Assembly: GCA_902577765.1 (NCBI GenBank)
Contig: CACHAK010000005.1
Location: 3,283-67,282 of the forward strand
Direction of reading: 5' to 3'
From: an uncultured Pelagibacteraceae bacterium
GTDB taxonomy: Bacteria > Pseudomonadota > Alphaproteobacteria > Pelagibacterales > AG-422-B15
DNA length: 64,000 nucleotides
A program made the position numbers and the translations under genes. Each line of letters opens with the position of its first letter. Positions within the stretch are counted from its first letter, which is position 1. Below, piece by piece: positions 1 to 9,157 of this stretch. Under the pieces are notes generated by a model that made no database searches, was not told the DNA's origin, and saw nothing but the letters and a program-made list of their open reading frames with translations.

Positions 1-93
1 TTAACCATTAAAGATATTTTGCGATCTAATAAAATAATGGCTTGAATTCAAACTAAATTAAAAGTAAGAGTCAAGCGATTTCATTATCTAGGA

Positions 94-1626
94 GTGTATT
101 TGACTAGAAATAATAATCAATATGATGTTGCAATTGTTGGGTTTGGACTAATTGGCCAAATATGTGCAAAGGTATGTAGCGACTTCAATCTTAGAACATT
201 AGTTATTGAGTCTAGATCAAATGTTGAATTATCTTCAAATGCGATATCACTTGACGATGAAAGTTCACGATTACTAAAAGGCATTGGCTTATATGATTCT
301 ATAAAAGGGTTCCTAAATAAGCCAGATTTTACAGATATTATACTTTCTAATAGAAGAGTAATTCAACGTAATCCTGTTCTAAATACTGATAATGAATTTC
401 CATCTATTAGTACTTTTTTTCATCCTGAAATCGAAGAAATAATAAAAAAGATATGCAAAGCTGATAAAAATATAGATTTGTATTTAGATAATGAATTAAT
501 TAATTTTGAATCAAATAACAATACAGTGAGACTAGATACAAAAAAAAATAACAAATTAATTAATTTTGACGTCTCTTATCTTATAGCCTGTGACGGTTCA
601 AATTCATTTGTAAGAAAAAAATTAAATATTGAAACTATCGATCAAAGATACTCAAAAAATTGGCTTTTAATTGACATTTTGTTAAATGAAAATGAAGTCT
701 TAGAAAATGTTTTTAGGCAAATTTGTGATGAAAAAAGACCAACCTCATTTATTTCATTATCGAAGTTAAGACATAGATTTGAATTTCAATTACTTGCTGG
801 TGAAGAGCATCAAAAAATTGTCCAACTAAATAATATTCAGAAATTATTGTCAAAATGGATAAAGCCTAATCAATATAAAATAATAAATATTTCAATACAT
901 AGTTTTAGAGGTTATTACTCTAAAACTTTCCAGAAAGACAATATATTTTTAATTGGTGATTCCGCATACCAAATCCCTCCATACGCGAGCCAAGGGCTAA
1001 ATACTGGAATTAGAGATATATTAAATTTGATATGGAAAATAAATTTAGTAGTGAATTTAAGTTGCAATAAAAATTTACTACATACATACAGTTTAGAGAG
1101 ATGCCACCAAGTAAAGCAAACAATTAAATCATCTATCGCTCTTGGTCAATTAATTGACTCATTATCAATGGCATTTCAGAAAAATATTCCATTAGAGGAG
1201 GCAATTGCTCCTGAGGCAAGAGACCAAGCATTTGGAAGAAGAAAAAGTATACAAGAAATAGACTCAAACAAAGGTATTTTTTCTCACTCACAGAGTGAAA
1301 GGATCAGAAATAGACGTCTTACCAACAGAGAAATCACTGATAAAGCTGATATGGCTTGTTTAGATAAAATGGTTGGTAACAGTTTTGTGATATTTTCAAG
1401 AAAAGATATCAAAGATAAATTGGATAAAAATGTATACAAAAAATTGATTAATTTAAATTTTAAATTTATTTTTGACTTTAAAGATCTTAATACTGGACCC
1501 GAGTTGTCAGAATATTTAGAAACAGGTGAAATTATTATAAGGCCGGACAAAAAAATATACGGACTCTCATCAAAAAACCTGAATATTAATCAACTCGCAT
1601 CTGAATTATTAACGCAGATTCAATAG
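94..1626 (+). CDS. FAD-dependent aromatic hydroxylase, MhpA/PHBH-like family
   Basis: N-terminal dinucleotide motif VAIVGFGLIG, DG motif (ACDGSNS) and GD motif (GDSAYQIPPYASQGLNTGIRD). GTG start. Confidence 0.75.
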   Translation: MYLTRNNNQYDVAIVGFGLIGQICAKVCSDFNLRTLVIESRSNVELSSNAISLDDESSRLLKGIGLYDSIKGFLNKPDFTDIILSNRRVIQRNPVLNTDNEFPSISTFFHPEIEEIIKKICKADKNIDLYLDNELINFESNNNTVRLDTKKNNKLINFDVSYLIACDGSNSFVRKKLNIETIDQRYSKNWLLIDILLNENEVLENVFRQICDEKRPTSFISLSKLRHRFEFQLLAGEEHQKIVQLNNIQKLLSKWIKPNQYKIINISIHSFRGYYSKTFQKDNIFLIGDSAYQIPPYASQGLNTGIRDILNLIWKINLVVNLSCNKNLLHTYSLERCHQVKQTIKSSIALGQLIDSLSMAFQKNIPLEEAIAPEARDQAFGRRKSIQEIDSNKGIFSHSQSERIRNRRLTNREITDKADMACLDKMVGNSFVIFSRKDIKDKLDKNVYKKLINLNFKFIFDFKDLNTGPELSEYLETGEIIIRPDKKIYGLSSKNLNINQLASELLTQIQ

Positions 1627-1816
1627 AATCAACTCATTGCACACAGATAAAAAAAATGTTGTATAAATGTTACATTTTTAAATTTTAGAAAAAAACAAAT
1701 AAATTCAATTACTTAAATTTAAAAAGAAGCTTGTTTTACCATATTTTGAATATAGTGTTCATGTATGTACTAAATATAGTACTACTTTCTAAATAAACAT
1801 AACGGAGGGGAAAGTT

Positions 1817-2032
1817 ATGATTAGAAACGCACAGAACGCGATAAAGGCTCTTACTAGCCTTGGTCTTTCACTGCTAGCATTGGGTATAGTTGTTGGCCTG
1901 CTTAGTGGAGGAAGTATCCCTTTTGTTGGCAATATAGCCAACAATATCGTTTCTCTTGTAAATCAGTTAGGTAATGCCGGAGTTGTTGGATTAATTGCTG
2001 TTGGTGTTATTCTCTGGTTATTTAGAGATTAA
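1817..2032 (+). CDS. Small two-helix membrane protein (71 aa), function unknown; paralog of the next gene
   Basis: Strong RBS GGAGGGG at 1804-1810, two hydrophobic segments, followed by a perfect hairpin. Confidence 0.8.
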   Translation: MIRNAQNAIKALTSLGLSLLALGIVVGLLSGGSIPFVGNIANNIVSLVNQLGNAGVVGLIAVGVILWLFRD

Positions 2033-2040
2033 ATATATTG

Positions 2041-2070
2041 TCACTTCCCATGTTTGTGCATGGGAAGTGA
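2041..2070 (+). terminator. Perfect 12-bp hairpin (TCACTTCCCATG-tttgtg-CATGGGAAGTGA) between the paralogs
   Basis: Exact inverted repeat. The A-run on the 3' side gives a U-tract on the minus strand; on the plus strand it may be a weak terminator or a stabilising stem. Confidence 0.65.
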
Positions 2071-2084
2071 TAAAAAATTAAAAT

Positions 2085-2312
2085 ATGATCTCAAAAATTA
2101 AGCAAATATTAAGAGAAATCATAGATTTTGGCTTATTGTTGATTGCAATAGCTATAATATTGGAAGTACTCTTTGGACCATCATCACCTTTTTTAGGAAA
2201 AAATATTACTCAAAACTTGGTAGGTTTGATTAACCAACTAGGAAGTGAGGGTGTTGTGGGCATAATTTCTGTAGCAATTGTTATATACCTTTGGAATAGA
2301 CTTCAAAAATAA
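2085..2312 (+). CDS. Small membrane protein (75 aa), paralog of 1817..2032
   Basis: Shares the pattern PF.G.NI..N.V.L.NQLG..GVVG.I with the upstream ORF. Confidence 0.8.
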   Translation: MISKIKQILREIIDFGLLLIAIAIILEVLFGPSSPFLGKNITQNLVGLINQLGSEGVVGIISVAIVIYLWNRLQK

Positions 2313-2396
2313 TAGGTAAAACTAACATTTTTCTTGCTCATTTAGCAATTTTAATAGACCCTAATTTTCTGTTTATTTCAATTTGGAGGAAATTTA

Positions 2397-3233
2397 GTGA
2401 AAAATTTAAAATTATTAATAATTGGGCTCGTAATAAGTACCATATCTTCAATGGCATTAGCGGACGGTCATTGGTCAAAAATTAGAATTGGTACAGAAGG
2501 GGCATATAAGCCGTGGAATTTTACAGATGAGTCTGGAAATCTTGTTGGTGCTGAGCTAGACCTTGCAAGAGATCTTTGTAAAAGAATGAATGCTGAATGT
2601 GAATTTGTTCAGCAAGATTGGGACGGTATTATTCCTGCATTAGTTAATGGTAAATATGATGTGATCATGGCAGGAATGTCAGTTACTGAGGAAAGAATGA
2701 AAACGATCAGCTTTTCTGATGTTTATATGACAGAACCTGCACGATTTTATACCACAAACAGCAATAGTTTAAGTACATTTAAATCTGGAGATAAAACATT
2801 AAATTTAGATAAAGATTCTAGTGTTACTTCTGGCACTATCTCGTCGCTTAATAATGCAATGAAAGGTATGAATATTGGTGTTACTGTAGCAACAATACAT
2901 GAAAATTTTGCAAACGAGTATTTAGATGTAAATTTAAAAACTTATCCTACTCAAGATGAGATGAACCTTGATCTTGTAGCTGGAAGAATCGATGCAATGT
3001 TATGTGACACTGGAGCTGCAGAATCACTTATGGAAACTTCAAGCGGTAAAGATGTTGTTACATTTGGACCTAACATCTTTGGCGGATTACTTGGTTCTGG
3101 CGTTGGTGCCGGTATAAGACAAGGTGATACCGACTTAAAAGCAATGTTTGACAAAGCAATAGCTGAGGCAAATGCAGATGGAACTATTTCAAGAATCTCT
3201 ATGGAGTGGTTCAAGAAAGATATTGCGCCATAA
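2397..3233 (+). CDS. Polar amino acid ABC transporter substrate-binding protein (Lys/Arg/Orn/octopine type)
   Basis: Signal peptide; IGTEGAYKPWNF, QDWDGIIPAL, MSVTEERMKTISFS, DLVAGRIDA. Confidence 0.9.
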   Translation: MKNLKLLIIGLVISTISSMALADGHWSKIRIGTEGAYKPWNFTDESGNLVGAELDLARDLCKRMNAECEFVQQDWDGIIPALVNGKYDVIMAGMSVTEERMKTISFSDVYMTEPARFYTTNSNSLSTFKSGDKTLNLDKDSSVTSGTISSLNNAMKGMNIGVTVATIHENFANEYLDVNLKTYPTQDEMNLDLVAGRIDAMLCDTGAAESLMETSSGKDVVTFGPNIFGGLLGSGVGAGIRQGDTDLKAMFDKAIAEANADGTISRISMEWFKKDIAP

Positions 3234-3250
3234 ATTTTAATTAATAATGT

Positions 3251-3288
3251 AAAAAAACGGCTGACTTAATAATCAGCCGTTTTTTTTT
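3251..3288. terminator. Intrinsic terminator (possibly bidirectional) after the binding-protein gene
   Basis: AAAAAAACGGCTGA-cttaataa-TCAGCCGTTTTTTTTT. Confidence 0.85.
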
Positions 3289-3300
3289 ATATAAATAAAT

Positions 3301-4014
3301 ATGTTTGAAGTATTTTCCTTTGGTTCATCTGGATGGGGAGATGAAATGCTTATGGGTGCACTGATGACAGTTCTTGTAAGCGCGTCATCTTTACTTTTAG
3401 GTATCCTAATAGGAATTATTTTTGCTGCATGTAAACTGTCAAATATTTTTATTCTAAAAATAATAGCCAACACATACACAACAATAATAAGAGGAATACC
3501 GGAGCTTCTAGTCATATATCTTCTTTTTTTTGGTGGCAGTGGGGCAGTTATGTATATTGCTAAAATTTTCGGATATGATGGTTATATTGAACTGAATGCA
3601 TTTACTATTGGCACAATTGCTGTTGGTGCAATTTCAGGGGCTTACTCAACAGAAGTTATTCGAGGTGCGGTTAACTCCGTTCATAAAGGTCAGTTTGAGG
3701 CAGGCAAAACTCTTGGACTGAGTGGATATGGTCTATATGGAAGAGTAATATTTCCACAGGTTGCAAGAATTGCACTACCTGGAATTGGGAATGTTTGGCA
3801 AATCACTCTTAAAGACACTGCACTAATAAGTGTAACTGGGTTGGTTGAGATAATGCGTCAGTCGCGTATTGCGGCAGGTTCAACACATGAACCTTTTATA
3901 TTTTATACGGCTGCAATTATTTTGTATTTGGTAATCACCAGGCTTTCTAACATTTTATTTGATAAGGCTGAAGACACTTACTCCAAAGGCTTTATATCCA
4001 AGGGGGCATTATGA
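3301..4014 (+). CDS. Polar amino acid ABC permease (HisQ/OccQ type)
   Basis: IRGIPELLVI, EVIRGA, EAA loop GQFEAGKTLG, LKDTALISV. Confidence 0.9.
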   Translation: MFEVFSFGSSGWGDEMLMGALMTVLVSASSLLLGILIGIIFAACKLSNIFILKIIANTYTTIIRGIPELLVIYLLFFGGSGAVMYIAKIFGYDGYIELNAFTIGTIAVGAISGAYSTEVIRGAVNSVHKGQFEAGKTLGLSGYGLYGRVIFPQVARIALPGIGNVWQITLKDTALISVTGLVEIMRQSRIAAGSTHEPFIFYTAAIILYLVITRLSNILFDKAEDTYSKGFISKGAL

Positions 4015-4694
4015 GATTTGAATTAATGTATGAGTCATTTTTTAAAATAATTGAGGGTATTCCTCTTACATTACAAGTCGTTTCTATTTCAACAGTACTT
4101 GGACTTGCATTAGCAATAATTGTGGCATTGATGAGAATTTCTGGAAGAAAATCAATGTCAATTCCTGCTTATTATTTTGTTTATTTAATTAGGGGGACAC
4201 CACTGTTACTGCAGTTGTATTTTGTTTATTACGGGCTTGGTCAATTTTCATTTATTCGAGAGAGTATATTGTGGCCAATTTTAAAAGAGCCATATTGGTG
4301 TGGTATCATCACACTGACTATCAGCACTGGTGCTTATTCCTCAGAAATAATTCGTGGAGGTATCCTGTCTGTGTCAAAAAATTTTATAGAAGCATCAGGA
4401 GCATTAGGACTGAATAAAATTAAGACATTTTTGCTAATTACACTACCAATTACTGTACGACAAGCATTGCCAGCTTATGGTAATGAGTTGATATTAATGG
4501 TTAAAGCCAGTTCATTGATTTCAATTATCACGCTCATGGAAATTACTGGAATAGCTCGAACTATAATCTCAAAAACCTATGCACCTGTTGAAATATTTTT
4601 AGTAGCGGGATCAATATATTTAATTATCAACTTCATTATAGTTTTAGCTGTTGGGTTAGCGGAGAGAAAATTAGGAACAGTGAAAGCTAATTAA
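4011..4694 (+). CDS. Polar amino acid ABC permease (HisM/OccM type)
   Basis: IRGTPLLLQL, AYSSEIIRGG, EASGALG, KASSL; ATGA overlap with the previous gene. Confidence 0.9.
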   Translation: MRFELMYESFFKIIEGIPLTLQVVSISTVLGLALAIIVALMRISGRKSMSIPAYYFVYLIRGTPLLLQLYFVYYGLGQFSFIRESILWPILKEPYWCGIITLTISTGAYSSEIIRGGILSVSKNFIEASGALGLNKIKTFLLITLPITVRQALPAYGNELILMVKASSLISIITLMEITGIARTIISKTYAPVEIFLVAGSIYLIINFIIVLAVGLAERKLGTVKAN

Positions 4695-5160
4695 TTACTT
4701 TTTGAAAGGCATATTCAGTTGTATTGCTTATGTCATTTAACTTTCTTGTTTTTGACATTTTTTTATAATTTAATTTTTTATACATTTTGTGAGCTTCCTT
4801 GAATCTAGTATCAGTCCATAGCACTATCTTTCTTTTTTTATATTTCTTTGCAATACTCTCAATCCTTAATATTAGTTTTTTTGCCAAGCCCATCATTCGA
4901 TAATTTTTATCTATATATAGTTTATGTATTTCTAAGTTATTTTTTTCATGTGGTAGATAACCCATGCATCCGATAATTTTATTTTTATCAACATATACCC
5001 AGAACTTTCCTTTTTTATTTTTAAAGTAAGAATAAACATCTCTTAACTCTGGAGAGTCGTTGTCTACATCAAGGTAGCAATTTTTATAATCTTTAAAACA
5101 TCTTTTGATTAAGTTGATTATTTGATTTCCGTCTTTATTTCTTGCTAGTCTTAGTTGCAT
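4687..5160 (-). CDS. GNAT-family N-acetyltransferase
   Basis: EIHKLYIDKNYRMMGLAKKL acetyl-CoA motif; AHKMYKKLNY. Confidence 0.85.
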   Translation of the reverse strand: MQLRLARNKDGNQIINLIKRCFKDYKNCYLDVDNDSPELRDVYSYFKNKKGKFWVYVDKNKIIGCMGYLPHEKNNLEIHKLYIDKNYRMMGLAKKLILRIESIAKKYKKRKIVLWTDTRFKEAHKMYKKLNYKKMSKTRKLNDISNTTEYAFQKVIN

Positions 5161-5181
5161 AATGTTAGATTATATAATTCT

Positions 5182-5994
5182 ATGAGCTATTTTCATAATA
5201 AAAGAATTTGGGTTACGGGCGCTTCATCTGGCATCGGTCGATCAGTTGCAATTAAGTTATCAAAATTAGGTGCAGAAGTAATAATAACTGCGCGAAATAG
5301 AGAAAAATTAGAAGAAGTAAAAAAAGAATGTGGAAATGCAAAGACTCATATTTTTGACCACGATCTATCAAATCTGGAGTCCATTGATGATTTAGTAAAC
5401 AGAGTTACACGTGAGGTGGGCTCAATAGATATACTCTTTAATAATGCAGGAGTATCTGCATATTCTGCGGCAAATGAAACAGATTTTAATGTGTATACAC
5501 AAGTTATGAATCTAAATTTCCTCTCTGTTGTTAAATTAACTAAGTGTTTGCTGCCACAAATGATATCAAATAAAAAAGGTCAGATAGTAACGAATACTAG
5601 TTTGTCTGGAAAATTTGGATCAAAAAAAAGAACTGTTTATGCTTCATCAAAACACGCTTTGCACGGTTTTATGGACTCTCTTCGAGCTGAAGTTCATGAA
5701 CATAATATTAAAGTTAATACTGTCGCACCGGGATTTGTTAACACTGAGATAGGTATGAAAGCTTTAACTGGAGACGGCACTCCTTATGGTGCCAATGATA
5801 GAGGCCATGAAAGTCAAGGTATGGATTTGGATAAAGCCTCAGAAATGATTATTAAATCAATAGAGGCAAATAAAAGAGAAGCTTATATTGTTCCTAGAAT
5901 AAGCTTTCCAAAAATAGCATTATATATATCAAGATATTTCCCTGGTTTAGGGGCTATTATTGCTCGTAATTATAATGAAGAGGATAATGGCTGA
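5182..5994 (+). CDS. Short-chain dehydrogenase/reductase (DHRS7-like)
   Basis: TGASSGIG, NNAG, YASSK. The track starts at 5155; the Met at 5182 avoids overlap with the divergent GNAT gene. Confidence 0.9.
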   Translation: MSYFHNKRIWVTGASSGIGRSVAIKLSKLGAEVIITARNREKLEEVKKECGNAKTHIFDHDLSNLESIDDLVNRVTREVGSIDILFNNAGVSAYSAANETDFNVYTQVMNLNFLSVVKLTKCLLPQMISNKKGQIVTNTSLSGKFGSKKRTVYASSKHALHGFMDSLRAEVHEHNIKVNTVAPGFVNTEIGMKALTGDGTPYGANDRGHESQGMDLDKASEMIIKSIEANKREAYIVPRISFPKIALYISRYFPGLGAIIARNYNEEDNG

Positions 5995-6582
5995 TTATTG
6001 ATTTTTTAAATATTCAACAAGAAATTTCATACTGTCAATACCCCAATACATTTCATCGTCGATGTAAAATGTTGGTACTCCAAACGCTCCTTTATTAATA
6101 GCAAATTCAGTATTCTCTCTTAATTTATTTTTAATTTCATCACTTGAAATTCCCTCAGCAAAACTATTTGCATCCATTCCAGATTCAGTAGCGACTTGGG
6201 TCAGAAGTTCCTGATCATTAAGATTCATTGCTTTTGTCCAAATAGACTCAAACATAACTTGCATGTAATTTTCTAAAATATCATTTTTTTGGGCTAAGAC
6301 CGCCCCTCGCATGTGAGGCACTGTTAATATTGGAAAATAGGGATTCATCTTAAATGGAATATTGAGTGTTTTTGTCCAACGAGTAATATCTTTAAACATA
6401 TATTCTCCCTTTTTTTGGACAGTTGCAGGCGGTTGATTTCCTGTAGCCTTAAATATGCCTCCCAACAGAACAGGCATAATTTCAATTTCTGCTCCTTCGT
6501 CTTTAATTGCTTTAAGATTATTATAGGCTAGGTAGGAGTAAGGACTTCCAAAATCAAAGCAAAATGTTACGTTTTTAGACAT
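5995..6582 (-). CDS. 2-hydroxychromene-2-carboxylate isomerase / GST-kappa (DsbA fold)
   Basis: FDFGSPYSY, GAFGVPTF, YWGIDS. Likely start Met 6582 (track 6606). Confidence 0.9.
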   Translation of the reverse strand: MSKNVTFCFDFGSPYSYLAYNNLKAIKDEGAEIEIMPVLLGGIFKATGNQPPATVQKKGEYMFKDITRWTKTLNIPFKMNPYFPILTVPHMRGAVLAQKNDILENYMQVMFESIWTKAMNLNDQELLTQVATESGMDANSFAEGISSDEIKNKLRENTEFAINKGAFGVPTFYIDDEMYWGIDSMKFLVEYLKNQ

Positions 6583-6623
6583 ATATAATGTTATAAATAT
6601 AAACAATTAGATCAAATAGTAAA

Positions 6624-7760
6624 ATGAAGATTGTAATAATAACCGGTGAAGAGTCTGGCGATAAATTAGCCGCATCAGCTATAAAAGAACTAAAAAAAAT
6701 TTCAAATGAGCCTCTTAAAATTTTTGGTATTGGTGGAGGAGCCCTTGAAAAAGAGGGTATTCAAAAATTTTTTGATATATCAGACATTAACGTTATGGGA
6801 TTAATTGAAGTTCTTCCTAAGATATTTAAAATAAATCGCATAATAAAATCAGTGGTTAATCAAATTATTGAACTTGATCCTGATATTATTTTCACAGTTG
6901 ATAGTCCGGATTTTACATTGAGAATTGCTGAACAGATAAAAAAACGAAACAATAAATTAAAAATTCTTCATTATGTGGCTCCTAGCGTTTGGGCATGGAG
7001 GCCTGGACGTGTCCATACAGTAAAAAAATCAGTAGATCACTTGCTTACAATTCTACCCTTTGAGAAGAAAATATTTGAGAAATATGAAGTGCCGACAACT
7101 TTTGTAGGTCATCCGATAACAGAGATAAATATTGAAAACTTTAAAAAGAATGAAATTACTGAAAAAAACAGAGAAGTTTTCCTAATTTTACCGGGAAGCA
7201 GAAAAAAAGAAGTTGTATCTCTTTTACCAATTTACTTAGAAGTAATAAGGGCCATGAAGTTAGATGATAAGTATGAGCTTGTAATGCCACTTACAAAAGA
7301 AATGACCTTTTATGCAGAAGATATCTTAAGTCAATTCGGTTTACAAAATAGAATAAAAATAATTCTAGATGAGCATATTAAATACTCTTATTACTATCAT
7401 GCAAAACTTGGTATTGTGACCTCAGGGACTGCAGCTCTAGAAGTTTCATATTTTAATACACCATATGTGACAGCATATAAATTCAATCCTGTAACCTATT
7501 TTATACTGCAATTTCTTATTAAAACTAGAATGGGCAATCTGATTAATATTATACAAGGGAAATTTATCATTCCTGAACTGCTACAAAGTAAAAGTAATAA
7601 AGATAACATTATGTATTATTTAAAAAAATTTTTAGATGATAATGATTACCTTCAAGAAGTTCTATCAAATGCAAGTGAAGCTGCTGCGAAACTCAAATCT
7701 CAAAGCACACCAAGCATAATGGCAGCAGAAAAAATTATTCAGATAGTGAATGAAAAATAA
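6624..7760 (+). CDS. lpxB: Lipid-A-disaccharide synthase
   Basis: GEESGD, DSPDF, HYVAPSVWAWR, FVGHP, LPGSR, SGTAALE. Confidence 0.95.
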   Translation: MKIVIITGEESGDKLAASAIKELKKISNEPLKIFGIGGGALEKEGIQKFFDISDINVMGLIEVLPKIFKINRIIKSVVNQIIELDPDIIFTVDSPDFTLRIAEQIKKRNNKLKILHYVAPSVWAWRPGRVHTVKKSVDHLLTILPFEKKIFEKYEVPTTFVGHPITEINIENFKKNEITEKNREVFLILPGSRKKEVVSLLPIYLEVIRAMKLDDKYELVMPLTKEMTFYAEDILSQFGLQNRIKIILDEHIKYSYYYHAKLGIVTSGTAALEVSYFNTPYVTAYKFNPVTYFILQFLIKTRMGNLINIIQGKFIIPELLQSKSNKDNIMYYLKKFLDDNDYLQEVLSNASEAAAKLKSQSTPSIMAAEKIIQIVNEK

Positions 7761-8280
7761 ATCTAATTATACTGAAATAGAGTCAAAAGCGTTATGGTAC
7801 TTACAAAGATATGCATCAAGCTCAGAAAACTTAAGAAATTATCTAAGACGAAAAGTTAAAGATAGCCATTTAAGTATTAACTCAGAGGAAATTATTAATG
7901 AAATAATCTTTTCATTAGAAAGACAAAAAATTCTTAATGATCAGCTTTTTTCTGAGAGTAAAATCAGGAATTATCTAAATAAGGGTTGGTCACTAAAAAA
8001 AATTGAATTCAAACTTAAGGAACTATACGTAAAGGATAGTATAATTATCGATGCAATACAGAACATCAGAAATTCAGTTAAAAATATTGATCTTATAGCC
8101 GCTTGTAGGTTAGCAAAAAAGAAATCTATAGGACCTTATAGGAAAAATGAACTTACAGAAAAAATAAAAATGAGAGAGCTTGGAGTTTTGTCAAGAGCAG
8201 GTTTTTCATATAACATCGTAAAGAAGATATTATTTGAAATGAGCAAGGAGGAGCTAGAAGATATTTATGATCAAAGATAA
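7750..8280 (+). CDS. recX: RecX family regulator
   Basis: ALWYLQRYASSSENLRNYLRRK, LND..F, LSRAGFSY; alphaproteobacterial RecX pattern. Confidence 0.85.
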   Translation: MKNKSNYTEIESKALWYLQRYASSSENLRNYLRRKVKDSHLSINSEEIINEIIFSLERQKILNDQLFSESKIRNYLNKGWSLKKIEFKLKELYVKDSIIIDAIQNIRNSVKNIDLIAACRLAKKKSIGPYRKNELTEKIKMRELGVLSRAGFSYNIVKKILFEMSKEELEDIYDQR

Positions 8281-9022
8281 AACAATTATTGTTACAGGTG
8301 CCGCAAGAGGCTTGGGACAGAAATATTCCTTTGAATTTGCGAAAGCAGGAGCCAATATCATTTTTGCAGATATATCTGATTGTTCTGAGACAGAAAAAAA
8401 AGTAAGCGAAGTTACAGATAAATTTTTGAGTCTAAATCTTGATGTGACAGATATAAACTCATGCAAAAATATGATGGCGAAGGCTGTTGATAAATTTTCT
8501 AAAATAGATGTATTGGTAAATAACGCCGCACTATATGGCGCTCTTAAAAGTTCAAGATTTGAAGATATTGATCCAGATCAATGGGACAAAGCGATGAATG
8601 TTAATGTCAAAGGACTCTGGAATTGCTGCAGAGCAATATCTCCAATCATGAGAGAAAACAAAAGTGGCTCAATAATAAATATCGCTTCTCTAGCAGCTAA
8701 ATTTGGCATGCCTTACGCTGCAGATTATGCTACATCAAAAGCTGCCGTGATTGGACTTACTCGAGTTATGGCAAGAGAAATGGGAAAAGATAACATTCGT
8801 GTAAATGCAGTAGCACCATCTATGGTAAGAACCGAGTCGGCAAAGGAATTTTTAGGAGAAAAAGCAGAACGTGGTTTTGAGGTTATTTCTAAAGGACAGA
8901 TATTACAAAAGACACTTGAAGTTGATGATATATATGGAACCGTTCTTTATCTTGCAAGTGATCAAAGTAAATTCGTTACAGGACAAACCCTGATGGTAGA
9001 TGGAGGCAGTGTGCTTCTGTAA
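8267..9022 (+). CDS. SDR oxidoreductase (FabG-like)
   Basis: TGAARGLG, NNAA, YATSK, NAVAPS, TGQTLMVDGG. Confidence 0.9.
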   Translation: MIKDKTIIVTGAARGLGQKYSFEFAKAGANIIFADISDCSETEKKVSEVTDKFLSLNLDVTDINSCKNMMAKAVDKFSKIDVLVNNAALYGALKSSRFEDIDPDQWDKAMNVNVKGLWNCCRAISPIMRENKSGSIINIASLAAKFGMPYAADYATSKAAVIGLTRVMAREMGKDNIRVNAVAPSMVRTESAKEFLGEKAERGFEVISKGQILQKTLEVDDIYGTVLYLASDQSKFVTGQTLMVDGGSVLL

Positions 9023-9025
9023 AGA

Positions 9026-9157
9026 ATGAAAAAGAAAAGAAGTAAATTAAAAAGCAATCCTATTGCAAGACAGTTAAGGACAGATAAGTTTAGACCAAAA
9101 AAGGTCGCAAATAAAAAAAAACTTCATGAAAAAAAAAGAATAAAAATTAAATTATGA
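9026..9157 (+). CDS. 43-aa very basic protein with partial ArfA-like core (not in the ORF track)
   Basis: Translated by hand: MKKKRSKLKSNPIARQLRTDKFRPKKVANKKKLHEKKRIKIKL. Fills the gap exactly; its TGA overlaps the next ATG (ATGA). Confidence 0.7.
   Translation: MKKKRSKLKSNPIARQLRTDKFRPKKVANKKKLHEKKRIKIKL

Noticed and set aside
6624-8280. lpxB outside the lpxD-fabZ-lpxA cluster, next to recX
   Set aside because: Operon shuffling is ordinary in streamlined genomes and no functional link is apparent.
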